Positions 26,515 through 36,849 of a DNA stretch of 62,050 nucleotides are shown here, one piece after another. Source of the stretch: Clostridiaceae bacterium (lineage in GTDB: Bacteria; Bacillota; Clostridia; Lutisporales; Lutisporaceae). The notes under the pieces were generated by a model. That model saw only the letters and a list, made by a program, of their open reading frames with translations. It searched no databases and had not been told where the DNA came from. The stretch's first letter is position 1; every line of letters begins with the position of its first letter. The stretch spans positions 1 to 62,050 of the forward strand of contig JAWLHF010000001.1 of assembly GCA_041690515.1 (NCBI GenBank), read 5' to 3'. A program made the position numbers and the translations under genes.

Positions 26515-28074
26515 ATGAAAAGGTTTGTGTTGATGGTGCTGGTGGTTGTGATTATGGCTGCCGCCATAGCTTGCACTGATGGATAAAAGGCTATACAACA
26601 GCTGGAAAAGCCGGTTAAGATCATGAAGGTCGCGGAGCAGGAGAGTCCGGTTATTTTGAACTACACAGGCGTTGTAGGTTCAAGTGAGCTTAAGCATCTG
26701 GCGTTCAAGAGTACGGGGAAGATAGCAGATATTAACATTCAAAAGGGACAGTTGGTTAGAAAAGGTGAAGTGCTGGTAAAACTTGAGGATCAGGATCTTC
26801 AATATGCGCTGGCAGCAGCTAAAGCCCAAATGGGTGCAGCACAATCAGCCTATGAAAAGGCAGTGAACGGAGCTTTGCCGGAAGAGCTAAGAATCGCAGA
26901 ACTTGATGTAAAAAAGGCTCAGGATGCATATGAGTATATAATGGAAAATTATAAACGGGCGGAAGCTCTATATAAAAGTGGGGCTGTATCTGTGAATGGA
27001 TTGGAGCAGGGAGATCCGGTAGGCTCACCGGTGACGGTCAGGATAACAGGTATGGACATTGAAAGGCTTGGAGAGACTGCCGAGCAGATAAGGAAGCGGC
27101 TTTCTGACATTGCAGGGACAATGAATATAGATGATGATTATTCAGACAGGGTATATAGATTCAATGTTGATATGGACAGTGACAAGGCAAGTATGTATGG
27201 AATCACAAGCTATGATGTTCAGAATGAGATGAACATCCTGCTTCAGGGCAGGACTGTATCGGTATTCCGGAGGGACGGAAAAGAGTACGGTATTTTGTTG
27301 AAAAGCAGCATAAAGAGTAAGGAGGAATTGGAGAATTTCATGATAAGCTCCACAGCAGCCTCAAGGAAGGTGCTGTTGAAGGATATTGCCGATATTGGCC
27401 TTGCCAGTGAGCTTCCAAGTATAAGAAAGCATGACGGTGAGTTGTGTGTCACGGTATACAGTGATGTACAGTCGGGTTATAGCGCTGTTAAGATTGAAGA
27501 AGAGCTGAAAAAGAGAGTAAAGGATATGCAGCTGGATGATTTCAGGATAGTTTACAGCGGTGAAAAAAGCAAAATAGATCAATATTTTGGTGAGCTTGGC
27601 AGTTCATCGGTTTTTGCAGTATTGGTCATATTTGCGATTCTAATGGTACAGTTCAATTCCTTCATTCAGCCGTTGATAATCATGCTGACCATACCTCTTT
27701 CGGCAATAGGATCTGTATTGGGACTCTTTATCTTCAGACAACCTCTGTCCTTCACAGCTTTACTTGGAATAGTCAGTCTGTTGGGCATTGTTGTCAATAA
27801 TGCAATAATCCTGGTGGATTACATCAATGATGAAAGAAAACAAGGGAAATCTCTTGATGCTGCATGTAAGGATGCTGTTAACATGCGTTTCAGGCCTATA
27901 ATGCTGACTACTACTACCACTGTCATAGGGCTGGTACCGCTTGTTATGTCAGGAAGTCAGCTTTTTGCCCCGATGGCGATAGCTCTAATGTTCGGGTTGC
28001 TTCTTTCCACCCTGCTGACTCTGGTGATAATACCGGTAGTTTACAACCTGGTTGAAATGAAGATAAAGAAGTAA
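26515..28074 (+). pseudogene. Decayed RND efflux system: lipoprotein signal, in-frame TAA (26584-26586), the N-terminal third of a membrane-fusion protein, fused in frame near 27007 to the C-terminal third of an AcrB-type RND permease
   Basis: Translation is MKRFVLMVLVVVIMAAAIACTDG-TAA-KAIQQLEKPVKIMKVAEQ... The HlyD-like lipoyl and coiled-coil start (GQLVRKGEVLVKLEDQDLQYALAAAKAQ) then jumps after SGAVSVNGLEQ to GDPVGSPVTVRITGMDIERL and the RND TM8-12 region (VNNAIILVDYINDERKQG, RFRPIMLTTTTTVIGLVPL). Confidence 0.8.
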
Positions 28075-28109
28075 CATGACAATTCAGTATTATACTGATA
28101 ACAACTGTC

Positions 28110-28154
28110 GACAAGGCTCTGAGAAGAAAAAATCGGGGCTCTTGTCATTTTTTG
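28110..28154 (+). terminator. Rho-independent terminator
   Basis: GACAAG..loop..CTTGTC followed by ATTTTTT. Confidence 0.6.
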
Positions 28155-28299
28155 ATACGTTTTGTAATGACTAGCAGGCATTTTGATATTATAATAAGAG
28201 TAGAGCCCGCAGCAGAGTCCGGATCAGTGTTGTATCGGAAGCCGGTTCCAACCGGGCATAGCATTTGTTATACATAATGCCTAAGAGGTGAGCGGTATA

Positions 28300-29523
28300 A
28301 TGAAGCAGATAGTGGATAACCTAAGAGGCCAGAAGTATTTAACTGCTGAAAATGTTGATGCCTTGAGAAAGTATATAAGGGTGAAGAACCCAGATATTTC
28401 GGGAGAAGAGCTTTCTGCCGTATTTGCCGATGCATTGCATAAGATAATTGACTCAAGGATAAGCCAATTTGAAGAGAGCCATAGGAAGAAGATTAAAGAG
28501 GATGTACTTAGGCGAGCTGTTGGGAAATCGGAATTCTCAATAAATGCAGCAGAGGTATTCACTTCCTGCCTATCGTTAAAGCTTCAGGAGAGAGGTTATA
28601 TTGATGGCCTGGCACGGTGGATTAACCACAGTCAGCCTGTGCAGGTTTCCGCAGAGAAAGTGGACAAGCTTGTAGCGAGTATGGAGCAGGTTGAAGAAGA
28701 ATATCTGGAAAACAATCTGGACGCATTAATTGATGAATTCGAAAGCAGTGAAACAGAGGCTGAAAAGCTTCAAATTATTGAAGAGTTGAGTTGTGTACAT
28801 GAAGACGGTAAGAAAGCCCAGGGGCTTTCTGCCATGTTATTGAGGAGCATTAAATATATCAAGCCCTCAATGAAGCTTGCCCTGCTTTTTGCATTGCCCA
28901 TTGTTCTAATCACTGCTCTTTTTGCTGCGGATATGTTTATAGGCAACAGAATACATGCACTGCAGCATCAGGATAAAGGAAGGTATGTCAATATAACCGA
29001 TGATCAGGTGGACAGGTATCTTACTCTGGAGTCCAGAATCCTTAAGAAGATGGATGGGATTAGCGGTCAGAGAGGCTTGTTATTGACTGATGAGCTTCAT
29101 GATGAACTCAGGTATGTTGAGATAGATAGGGAAAAGCTCCGAAAATGGCTTGACAGGAGAAATTCAATGCTTGCGGAGGAACCATATTTCACAGCAATTA
29201 TATCAACCTCGAAGAGATATGATATACATCCGCTGCTTATGTTTGCTGTCGTAGGGCAGGAGCAGGGCTTTGTACCTAAGAATGGAGCTGTTGCAAAAAG
29301 GATTGCAAATAATCCCTTCAATGTGTATGGCAGCTGGGAAAGGTACAACACTGATATATACGACTCCTCAAGCCTTGCGGCTGATACCATAATAAAGTCC
29401 AGCCGGAACAGACCTGCATATATGAACAATATTAAGTGGATCAACAGAAGATATGCAGAAGATCCCAATTGGTGGAATGGAGTATCTCAGATTTTTAATC
29501 AGATGGTAAAAGAAATAAATTAA
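28300..29523 (+). CDS. Hypothetical single-pass membrane protein; the C-terminal domain weakly resembles a cell-wall glycosidase or transglycosylase
   Basis: RBS AGAGGTG before ATG 28300 and a central TM segment (LALLFALPIVLITALFAA). The C-terminal sequence DIHPLLMFAVVGQEQGF resembles SLT-type catalytic-Glu regions; this is weak. Confidence 0.45.
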   Translation: MKQIVDNLRGQKYLTAENVDALRKYIRVKNPDISGEELSAVFADALHKIIDSRISQFEESHRKKIKEDVLRRAVGKSEFSINAAEVFTSCLSLKLQERGYIDGLARWINHSQPVQVSAEKVDKLVASMEQVEEEYLENNLDALIDEFESSETEAEKLQIIEELSCVHEDGKKAQGLSAMLLRSIKYIKPSMKLALLFALPIVLITALFAADMFIGNRIHALQHQDKGRYVNITDDQVDRYLTLESRILKKMDGISGQRGLLLTDELHDELRYVEIDREKLRKWLDRRNSMLAEEPYFTAIISTSKRYDIHPLLMFAVVGQEQGFVPKNGAVAKRIANNPFNVYGSWERYNTDIYDSSSLAADTIIKSSRNRPAYMNNIKWINRRYAEDPNWWNGVSQIFNQMVKEIN

Positions 29524-29624
29524 AAAAAATGGCACTTTAAGAGGACTTTTGGATATTCTTGTAGAAGTATAAGTTGTTTATGTTTAATTTGCCTTGGAAT
29601 TGTTATAGCAAGGGGTGTGATAAG

Positions 29625-30311
29625 TTGATACAGTTCAGGAACGTGTCCAAGGAGTTTCCGGATGGAAACAAAGTACTGAGAAATATAAATCTGACAATTA
29701 ACAACGGAGAATTTGTTTTTCTTGTAGGCTCCAGCGGAGCAGGCAAGTCAACTATAATAAAGCTGTTGCTTAAAGAAATTGAGCCTACTACCGGCAGCAT
29801 AATGGTAAATGAAAAGGATATTACAAAGTATAAAAGAAGGGAGATACCCTTCCATAGAAGGAACATAGGAGTGGTTTTCCAGGATTTCAGGCTGCTGCAG
29901 GAAAAGACAGTATATGAAAATGTTGCTTTTGCCATGGAGGTAATCGAGGCTCCTCCAAAGGAAATAAGGCGGCAGGTTCCGATAGTGCTGAGCATGGTCG
30001 GCCTCAGTAAGAAAGCCGGGCTTTATCCGAGTCAGCTTTCAGGGGGGGAGCAGCAGAGAGTATCCTTGGCAAGAGCTATGGTCAACAGCCCTTCTATACT
30101 TATAGCAGATGAGCCAACGGGTAATCTTGATCCGGAAATGTCTTGGGATATAATGAAGACATTAAGTGAGATAAATCAAAGAGGAACTACAATACTAATG
30201 GCTACCCACGCCAGGGAAATAGTAGATGGTATGAAAAAGAGAGTCGTAGCAGTAGAAAGCGGCATTATTACCAGGGATGAAAAGCGAGGTGGGTACGGCA
30301 ATGAAGCTTAG
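29625..30311 (+). CDS. ftsE: Cell-division ABC ATPase FtsE
   Basis: IQFRNVSKEF, Walker A GSSGAGKST, signature LSGGEQQRV and Walker B ILIADEP. TTG start after AGGGGTG. Confidence 0.9.
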   Translation: MIQFRNVSKEFPDGNKVLRNINLTINNGEFVFLVGSSGAGKSTIIKLLLKEIEPTTGSIMVNEKDITKYKRREIPFHRRNIGVVFQDFRLLQEKTVYENVAFAMEVIEAPPKEIRRQVPIVLSMVGLSKKAGLYPSQLSGGEQQRVSLARAMVNSPSILIADEPTGNLDPEMSWDIMKTLSEINQRGTTILMATHAREIVDGMKKRVVAVESGIITRDEKRGGYGNEA

Positions 30312-31197
30312 AACAGGGAAGTTTTTCATCAGGGAAGGCTTCAGAAGCCTTAAAAGGAACAGGACTATGAGTGCCGCTGCGACAACTTCCGTAGTAGCTG
30401 CGCTTCTTGTAATAGGAATATTCTTCTTAATCATGCTTAACATAGATTATGCCGCAACCAAGCTGGAGTCACAGATAGAAATGATGGTCTATCTCAATGA
30501 TGGATTAAGTGAGAATATCATAAATACAATGAGTACTGAGATAAAGTCCATAAACGGAGTAAAAGCAGTGGAATTCATCTCAAAGGATGTTGCACTTAAG
30601 AATCTGGAAAAGAATTGGGGAGAGAACTCCTATCTTCTGGAGGGACTGGATGGGGATAACCCGCTGCCGGACTCCTTCCTTATAACCCTTTCGGATCCCA
30701 ACCAGGCATCTGGTGTGGCATTGTCTGTTTCGGCAATATCCAATATTGAGAAGGTGGTATATGGGAAGGAGGAGCTGGCAAAGCTTCTGAGTACGACCTA
30801 TGTGCTGAGGATGAGCAGTCTTGTGATAATACTCATACTGCTGTTCATTTCAATATTCATAATAGCTAATACCATAAAGCTCACACTTTATGCAAGAAGA
30901 CGTGAAATTGGAATAATGAAATTCGTCGGTGCTACAGACTGGTTTGTCAGGATGCCCTTCATAATAGAAGGCATAATAGTAGGCATAATAGGAGCTGTAT
31001 CTGCAAGCATAGTTCTGGGAGCGGCATATTACTACTGCGCCGGAATTGTGAAGAACCAGATGATAGGTTTCATGTCGATCTCCCTGATGCCCTTCAACCA
31101 GATAATAACAAGCATGGTAATGCTTCTTATAATAGTAGGAATATTGATTGGTGCAATAGGAAGCCTGATTTCTGTGAGGAAATTCATTAGGGTATAG
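30301..31197 (+). CDS. ftsX: Cell-division ABC permease-like protein FtsX
   Basis: MKLRTGKFFIREGFRSLKRN..., an extracellular loop and three C-terminal TM segments. It overlaps ftsE by 11 nt. Confidence 0.9.
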   Translation: MKLRTGKFFIREGFRSLKRNRTMSAAATTSVVAALLVIGIFFLIMLNIDYAATKLESQIEMMVYLNDGLSENIINTMSTEIKSINGVKAVEFISKDVALKNLEKNWGENSYLLEGLDGDNPLPDSFLITLSDPNQASGVALSVSAISNIEKVVYGKEELAKLLSTTYVLRMSSLVIILILLFISIFIIANTIKLTLYARRREIGIMKFVGATDWFVRMPFIIEGIIVGIIGAVSASIVLGAAYYYCAGIVKNQMIGFMSISLMPFNQIITSMVMLLIIVGILIGAIGSLISVRKFIRV

Positions 31198-31262
31198 AAT
31201 TCTGATGATAATACGGACAAGCTTATTAGCGTATTGGAAATCCGAATAAGGAGGGGAAACGA

Positions 31263-32399
31263 TTGAAGAAGAGAATTGTAGCCATTCTAATGGCTTTAGT
31301 GATTTCAACGCCTTTCGTTAATGTATATGGAAAGAATCCAAGCGAGCTGGACAAGCTGCAGAAAGAGCAGAATAAAGTAAACCAACAGATTAAGACAACC
31401 CAGCAGAAGATAAATCAAGTAAGCAAAGAGAAGAAAAACGTATCGAAGGCTTTGGTAGAGCTGGATCAAAGACTTGAACAGGCAGAAAATGAACTTTCCA
31501 GCGTAGAATCTATGCTTGCACAGCTGGAGAATCAGATTGCAGTAAGTACAAGGGAGCTTGAAAGAGCCTCTACAGAAACCAGCAGCCAGAAAGAGCTGCT
31601 GAAAAAGCGCGTCAGAGTAATGTATGAAAATGGAAATGTCGGTTATCTGTCTGTCATATTAAATTCCACAAGCTTTTGGGATTTTATATCCAGACTGGAT
31701 TTCCTCAGAAAGATAATAGAATTTGATATGAACCTGCTTAGTAAATTGAAAAGCCATCGTGATTCGGTTGCAGATAAAAGAAGCCAGCTGGAATCTGAGC
31801 TTCAGGAAAAGGAAAGGTTAAAGAATCAGATATCAGGAAAGAAAGAAGCTGTAGAAGTTGCAAAGCAGGATAGGGAGAAGACTCTTAAGGATCTGACCAA
31901 GGACCTGAAAGAACTGGAACGCCAGGAGGATGCATTTTTAGCACAGGCAAATGCCCTTACTCAGAAGATAGTTGCACTTCAGTCCAAGGATAAATATATC
32001 GGCGGAGTGTTGGGTTGGCCATCTCCCGGATATTATAAGATAACATCCCCCTATGGCTATAGGAACCACCCTATACTTAAGAAGAAAAAACTGCATACCG
32101 GTATAGATATAGCGGTTCCAAGCGGAACCAGCGTTGTGGCGGCAAATTCCGGCACAGTCATATACTCCGGTTATAATGGCGGTTATGGAAATACGGTTAT
32201 AATCGACCACGGCGGAAAGATATCCACTTTGTATGCCCACAACAGCAAGCTGCTTGTTAAAGTAGGGGATAAGGTTGAAAAGGGTAAAGCTATTACGAAG
32301 TCAGGAAGTACAGGCTTGTCTACAGGACCTCACCTGCACTTTGAAGTTAGGGAAAACGGTCAGCATGTTGACCCCATGAAGTATTTAACTGGAAAGTAG
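31263..32399 (+). CDS. Coiled-coil M23 peptidase (EnvC-like murein hydrolase activator)
   Basis: Signal peptide, a long coiled-coil region and a C-terminal M23 domain (HTGIDIAVP, GPHLHFEV). The position after ftsEX fits. Confidence 0.85.
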   Translation: MKKRIVAILMALVISTPFVNVYGKNPSELDKLQKEQNKVNQQIKTTQQKINQVSKEKKNVSKALVELDQRLEQAENELSSVESMLAQLENQIAVSTRELERASTETSSQKELLKKRVRVMYENGNVGYLSVILNSTSFWDFISRLDFLRKIIEFDMNLLSKLKSHRDSVADKRSQLESELQEKERLKNQISGKKEAVEVAKQDREKTLKDLTKDLKELERQEDAFLAQANALTQKIVALQSKDKYIGGVLGWPSPGYYKITSPYGYRNHPILKKKKLHTGIDIAVPSGTSVVAANSGTVIYSGYNGGYGNTVIIDHGGKISTLYAHNSKLLVKVGDKVEKGKAITKSGSTGLSTGPHLHFEVRENGQHVDPMKYLTGK

Positions 32400-32420
32400 G
32401 GGCAGCCATTGGCAGTCCGC

Positions 32421-32450
32421 AAAAAATACACCATTTGGTGTATTTTTTTT
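32421..32450 (+). terminator. Rho-independent terminator, preceded by the palindromic unit GTAGGGGCAGCCATTGGCAGTCC (32396-32419) that contains the TAG stop
   Basis: ATACACC-attt-GGTGTAT followed by TTTTTTT. Confidence 0.8.
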
Positions 32451-32463
32451 ATGCTGTGAATAA

Positions 32464-32492
32464 TTGACATAAAGGAAGTCAATATTATACAA
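32464..32492 (+). promoter_or_regulatory. Sigma-A promoter of the znu operon
   Basis: TTGACA (32464-32469), a 17-nt spacer, then TACAAT (32487-32492). Confidence 0.65.
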
Positions 32493-32498
32493 TGTAAA

Positions 32499-32513
32499 TG
32501 CAAATTATTTGCA
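32499..32513. promoter_or_regulatory. Candidate Zur box (perfect 7-1-7 palindrome)
   Basis: TGCAAAT-t-ATTTGCA lies 6 nt downstream of the -10 element, in an operon ending with a Fur-family gene. Confidence 0.55.
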
Positions 32514-32529
32514 AAAAGGAGACTGAGTA

Positions 32530-33531
32530 ATGAAAAAGGTAATAGCCATAACAATGATTTTACTACTGCTGAACACTGTATTGCCAGGATGTACACAGAG
32601 CGGTGAGGAGCCTGCCGGTGAAAGCAGGCAGACCAGCGCAGGCAATAGCAGAATAATAATATATACAAGCTTTTATCCCATGTATTTCCTCGCAAGTGAA
32701 ATAGCCGGGGATAAGGCAAAAGTCATATCAATGGTGCCTGCCGGCGCTGAGCCCCATGACTGGGAGCCATCTCCCAGAATGGCAGCTGAACTGAGCAAAG
32801 CAGATATGTTTATATACAACGGAGCGGGAATGGAGACATGGATAGACAATATACTGACAATTATTGATAAGGATAGGACAAGGGTGGTTGATGCAAGTGA
32901 GGGGATAGCTCTTTTGGCAGCTTATGACAATGAGGAAGGCCATGGGGATGAGCATGAGGAAGAGGAAGATCATGATCATGCTCATGATCATGATCATGAG
33001 CATGGAATGTATGATCCCCATATATGGGTGAGCCCCTTGAGAGCCATCCAGCAGGCAGAGACCATATACTCTGCACTTGCTGAAACAGATCCTGCAAATG
33101 CAGAGTATTACGGAAGAAATATGAAAGAGCTTGATTCAAAGCTGGAAGAACTGGATAATGAAATCAGAGATGCTGTAAAGAGCTTCAAAAGCAATGTGAT
33201 TGTCGTATCTCATGAGGCTTTCGGATATTTTGCCGCAGATTACGGGTTGAAACAGGTGGCTATTAGGGGGATCAATCCCCAGGAGGAACCGAGTCCTGCA
33301 AAGATGATTGAGTTGGTTAAAGAATGCAGGGAAAACAATGTCAAACACATATTCTTTGAAAGGCTTACGAGTCCAAAGCTATCTGAGACACTGGCGAAGG
33401 AGCTGGGAGCGGAGACATCCGTGCTCAGTGATATTACTGGATTGAATGAAAAGGATATAAAGGCGGGCAAGAACTATATTACAGAAATGTATGAGAATCT
33501 GGAAAATTTAAAAAAGGCATTAGGTGATTAA
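32530..33531 (+). CDS. znuA: Zinc ABC transporter substrate-binding lipoprotein (ZnuA/AdcA family) with a His/Asp/Glu-rich loop
   Basis: Lipobox LPGC, the cluster-9 SBP sequence GAEPHDWEPSP, and the loop HGDEHEEEEDHDHAHDHDHEHG. Confidence 0.85.
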   Translation: MKKVIAITMILLLLNTVLPGCTQSGEEPAGESRQTSAGNSRIIIYTSFYPMYFLASEIAGDKAKVISMVPAGAEPHDWEPSPRMAAELSKADMFIYNGAGMETWIDNILTIIDKDRTRVVDASEGIALLAAYDNEEGHGDEHEEEEDHDHAHDHDHEHGMYDPHIWVSPLRAIQQAETIYSALAETDPANAEYYGRNMKELDSKLEELDNEIRDAVKSFKSNVIVVSHEAFGYFAADYGLKQVAIRGINPQEEPSPAKMIELVKECRENNVKHIFFERLTSPKLSETLAKELGAETSVLSDITGLNEKDIKAGKNYITEMYENLENLKKALGD

Positions 33532-34284
33532 ATGGGAGCAGATATTGTAAAAATTGAGAATATTGTATTCGGATACGGAAAGACAAATGTGCTTGACGGA
33601 GTCAGTACCAGCATAGGTGATGGAGATTTTATGGGGATAGTGGGTCCCAACGGATCCGGTAAAAGTACTCTTCTCAAGATTTTCCTCGGCTTATTGAAGC
33701 CGCAGAAGGGTTCTGTCAGGGTTTTCGATACAGATATCAGCAAATTCAACCAATGGGGTAAAATCGGTTACATACCTCAGAAGGCAACCTCCTTCAATCA
33801 AGGGTTTCCTGCTACTGTAGAGGAGGTGGTTTCCGCAAACCTTTACCCCAAGGTAGGGTTGGCAGGAACCATTGGCAGAAATCATAGGGAAAAGGTTGAT
33901 AATGCACTTCGGACAGTAGGTATGCTTGAATATAAGAAAAGGCTGATTGGAAGACTTTCCGGAGGTCAGCAGCAGAGGGTGTTCATAGCAAAATCCCTGG
34001 TAAGCGATCCAAGACTGATTTTCATGGACGAACCTACTGTAGGCATCGATCAGAAGTCGGAGGAGAGCTTCTATGAACTTATGGATTTTCTGAATAAGGA
34101 AAAAGGAATAACCTTGGTCATAGTCACACATGATATAGGCGCTATTGACAGAAGGGTCAACAGGGTGTTGTGTCTGTCGGAGGGAAGGCTTCACGAGCAT
34201 GATTGCACATTGGATCAGGGTACGGATAAATTAAAAGAGGATTATGAGAAGCACAACAGAGCACTGATAACCCACAGACATTAG
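33532..34284 (+). CDS. znuC: Zinc ABC transporter ATP-binding protein
   Basis: Walker A GPNGSGKST, signature LSGGQQQRV and Walker B IFMDEP. Confidence 0.85.
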   Translation: MGADIVKIENIVFGYGKTNVLDGVSTSIGDGDFMGIVGPNGSGKSTLLKIFLGLLKPQKGSVRVFDTDISKFNQWGKIGYIPQKATSFNQGFPATVEEVVSANLYPKVGLAGTIGRNHREKVDNALRTVGMLEYKKRLIGRLSGGQQQRVFIAKSLVSDPRLIFMDEPTVGIDQKSEESFYELMDFLNKEKGITLVIVTHDIGAIDRRVNRVLCLSEGRLHEHDCTLDQGTDKLKEDYEKHNRALITHRH

Positions 34285-34297
34285 GAGGTGACGATAA

Positions 34298-35107
34298 TTG
34301 CTTGAATTGCTAAGTTTTGAATTTATGCAGAGGGCTTTTGCAGCAGGTCTTCTGGTAGCTGTAATATGTCCTGTTATAGGAACCTTTATTGTTGTGAGAA
34401 GGTTATCAATGATTGGGGATACCCTTTCCCATGCATCTCTGGCAGGTATTGCGGCAGGAATGCTGGGAGGTTTTTATCCTTTACTTGGAGCACTGGTTTT
34501 TTCTATTGCCGCCGCTATAGGTATTGAGAGACTGAGAAAAAAATTCTCACAATATGCGGAGCTGTCGATATCCATTGTACTTTCTGCCGGAATTGGCCTG
34601 GCAGTGGTGTTGATTAGTCTTGCGGATTCTTTTAACGCTGATCTTATGAGCTATCTCTTTGGAAGCATAATAGCGGTTTCAATGCTTGACATATATATAA
34701 TATTAACTCTAAGTGTTATAATACTTGTTTCTGTAAGGCTTTTTTATAAGGAGTTCTTTTACATATCCTTTGATGAGGAGGGCGCAGAGCTTGCCGGAAT
34801 ACCGGTATCAGCCCTCAATATGTATTTTACAGTGTTGACTGCCATGGCCATCGTGGTTTCAATGAGGGTTGTGGGGATGCTGCTGGTATCCTCCCTGATG
34901 GTGGTGCCTGTAGCATGCAGCATGCTTATATCTAAAAGCTTTAAGAATACAATTGTTATATCGGTGGCGGTTGCGGTGTTGTCCGTACTGATCGGCCTCT
35001 TTACTTCTTACTACCTGGATCTGGCACCCGGAGGCTCCATCGTACTTACTTCCGTGCTTATGCTGCTTGTGGTATCAGTTGCCAAGAGAGTATTCAGGAT
35101 GCAGTGA
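34298..35107 (+). CDS. znuB: Zinc ABC transporter permease
   Basis: 269 aa with eight or nine TM segments. The ABC-3 family feel comes from FMQRAFAAGLLVA and GDTLSHASLAG. Confidence 0.85.
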   Translation: MLELLSFEFMQRAFAAGLLVAVICPVIGTFIVVRRLSMIGDTLSHASLAGIAAGMLGGFYPLLGALVFSIAAAIGIERLRKKFSQYAELSISIVLSAGIGLAVVLISLADSFNADLMSYLFGSIIAVSMLDIYIILTLSVIILVSVRLFYKEFFYISFDEEGAELAGIPVSALNMYFTVLTAMAIVVSMRVVGMLLVSSLMVVPVACSMLISKSFKNTIVISVAVAVLSVLIGLFTSYYLDLAPGGSIVLTSVLMLLVVSVAKRVFRMQ

Positions 35108-35131
35108 TTTTATGTATAAGGAAGTGTGTAT

Positions 35132-35563
35132 ATGAAGGATTTATGCAGGCTTGAGGCTATGCTAAAAGATAAGGGTTATAAGCTTACAGAGCAAAGAAGG
35201 TTAATAATAGAGGTTTTCAATGATAGCCCCGGGCATTATACTGCACAGGAGATTTTTGACCTGGTAAAGGAAAAAAGTAAGAGCATCAATTTCTCTACCA
35301 TTTATAGAAACCTTGAGCTGCTGAGTATTCTGGGCATAATAAACAAGCTGTATATAGAAAGCGGTATTAATCACTATGAGCTTTGCGGACAGGTCCACCA
35401 TCATCACATTATATGCAAAAGGTGCGGAGAAACAAGGGAAATAGACATATGTCCATGTGAGGTGATAGGGGAGGAGCAGTTAAAATCCATGGGCTTCAAA
35501 ATTACCGACCATAAGTTTGAAATATACGGTTATTGCAGCAAATGCAGCCTTCTGAAGGAGTAA
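35132..35563 (+). CDS. zur: Fur family repressor, Zur by context
   Basis: LTEQRRLIIEVF, HHHHIICKRCG and YGYCSKC provide two CxxC pairs. It is the last gene of the znu operon. Confidence 0.75.
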   Translation: MKDLCRLEAMLKDKGYKLTEQRRLIIEVFNDSPGHYTAQEIFDLVKEKSKSINFSTIYRNLELLSILGIINKLYIESGINHYELCGQVHHHHIICKRCGETREIDICPCEVIGEEQLKSMGFKITDHKFEIYGYCSKCSLLKE

Positions 35564-35630
35564 TTACAAATTATGTCTAAGGATAATATATACAAGGTGG
35601 TAGTAATATAATATTTATGAGGTGAAATTG

Positions 35631-36833
35631 ATGATAAGTAAAAGGGCAGCATTTTTTTGGGCAATCTTATTAGTAATCGTAACCGCTTTTGGTACTTTTG
35701 TAGCTGCAAATACAGTTGCTATAAGTATGGGAAACAAGGTGGTAATAGCAAAGGAAGATTTTGAACGGGTCAAGAATATGGAGAAGCTGCTGAGCCTTAA
35801 GGAATATGTCAAGGCATACTATGTTGAGGGGGCTGATGACAGCGAGCTTATTGAGGGTGCGATAAAGGGAATGTTTGAATCCCTTGGAGACCCATATTCA
35901 GTTTATATGACAAAAGAAGAATTTAAGAATTTCAATGAGTCCACCAAGGGCTCCTACGGAGGTATCGGAGTCATAGTAAGCAGAAGTGAGGACGGTTATG
36001 TGACTGTTGTGGCTCCAATAGAGGATACCCCCGGAGAAAGGGCAGGGCTGAAGACCAACGATAAGATTGTAAAGGTGGATGACAAGGATATAATAGGAAT
36101 TGACCTGGAAGCAGCAGTCAGCCTGATGAAAGGCAAAAAAGGCACCCAAGTCACATTGACAATTGTTAGAGAGAACTCAAAAGAACCACAGGAATACAAA
36201 ATAACCAGGGAAGAAATTGTTTTGAAAACCGTAAAAAGCAATATGATGGAAAATGATATAGGCTATATAAGAGTAACAATGTTTGATGAAGACACCGGAA
36301 GCGAATTTAAGAAAGCCCTTACTGAGCTTAAAGGGAAGAAAATGAAAGGCTTGATACTGGATCTGAGACAGAATCCGGGAGGCTTTATAAATCAATGTGT
36401 AGAGGTTGCTGATGAGTTTCTGGATGAAGGGCTTGTAGTTTATACTGAAGATAAGGCCAAGAAGAGGGAGGACTACAAATCCAAGAATGGAAAGCTGGAC
36501 GTTCCCTTTGTGGTATTGATAGATGAAGGAAGTGCAAGTGCCTCTGAAATATTGTCAGGAGCGATAAAGGACAGAAAAGCCGGACTCCTCATAGGTGCAA
36601 AGAGCTTTGGTAAAGGCTTGGTTCAGTCCATTGAACAGTTGAGGGATGGTTCCGGTATAAAGCTCACTACTCAGAAATACTATACACCAAATGGTATCAG
36701 CATAAACAAGGTAGGAATACAGCCTGACATCGAAGTTAAGCCACTAGAGGTAAGGGAGGATCAGAAGCCTGAGGAGCTAAAGGATGTTCAGCTGGAAAGG
36801 GCTGTTGAGGAACTGCTTAAGCAGATAAGATAA
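35631..36833 (+). CDS. ctpA: S41 family C-terminal processing peptidase (CtpA/CtpB-like) with a PDZ domain
   Basis: GIGV..., the PDZ motif PGERAGLKTNDKIVKVD, and catalytic-region motifs DLRQNPGG and GSASASEI. Confidence 0.85.
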   Translation: MISKRAAFFWAILLVIVTAFGTFVAANTVAISMGNKVVIAKEDFERVKNMEKLLSLKEYVKAYYVEGADDSELIEGAIKGMFESLGDPYSVYMTKEEFKNFNESTKGSYGGIGVIVSRSEDGYVTVVAPIEDTPGERAGLKTNDKIVKVDDKDIIGIDLEAAVSLMKGKKGTQVTLTIVRENSKEPQEYKITREEIVLKTVKSNMMENDIGYIRVTMFDEDTGSEFKKALTELKGKKMKGLILDLRQNPGGFINQCVEVADEFLDEGLVVYTEDKAKKREDYKSKNGKLDVPFVVLIDEGSASASEILSGAIKDRKAGLLIGAKSFGKGLVQSIEQLRDGSGIKLTTQKYYTPNGISINKVGIQPDIEVKPLEVREDQKPEELKDVQLERAVEELLKQIR

Positions 36834-36849
36834 CAATTCGAGGTGCATT

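Noticed and set aside
26371-26586. A 71-aa ORF overlapping the 3' end of the TetR gene.
   Set aside because: Only its last 24 codons, from ATG 26515 (MKRF...ACTDG), make sense, as the lipoprotein signal of the decayed MFP gene. The upstream part is an out-of-frame overlap with TetR.
32930-33005. A CAT/GAT-rich microsatellite-like stretch.
   Set aside because: It encodes the His/Asp/Glu-rich metal-scavenging loop typical of ZnuA-type binding proteins. This is a normal feature of the gene.
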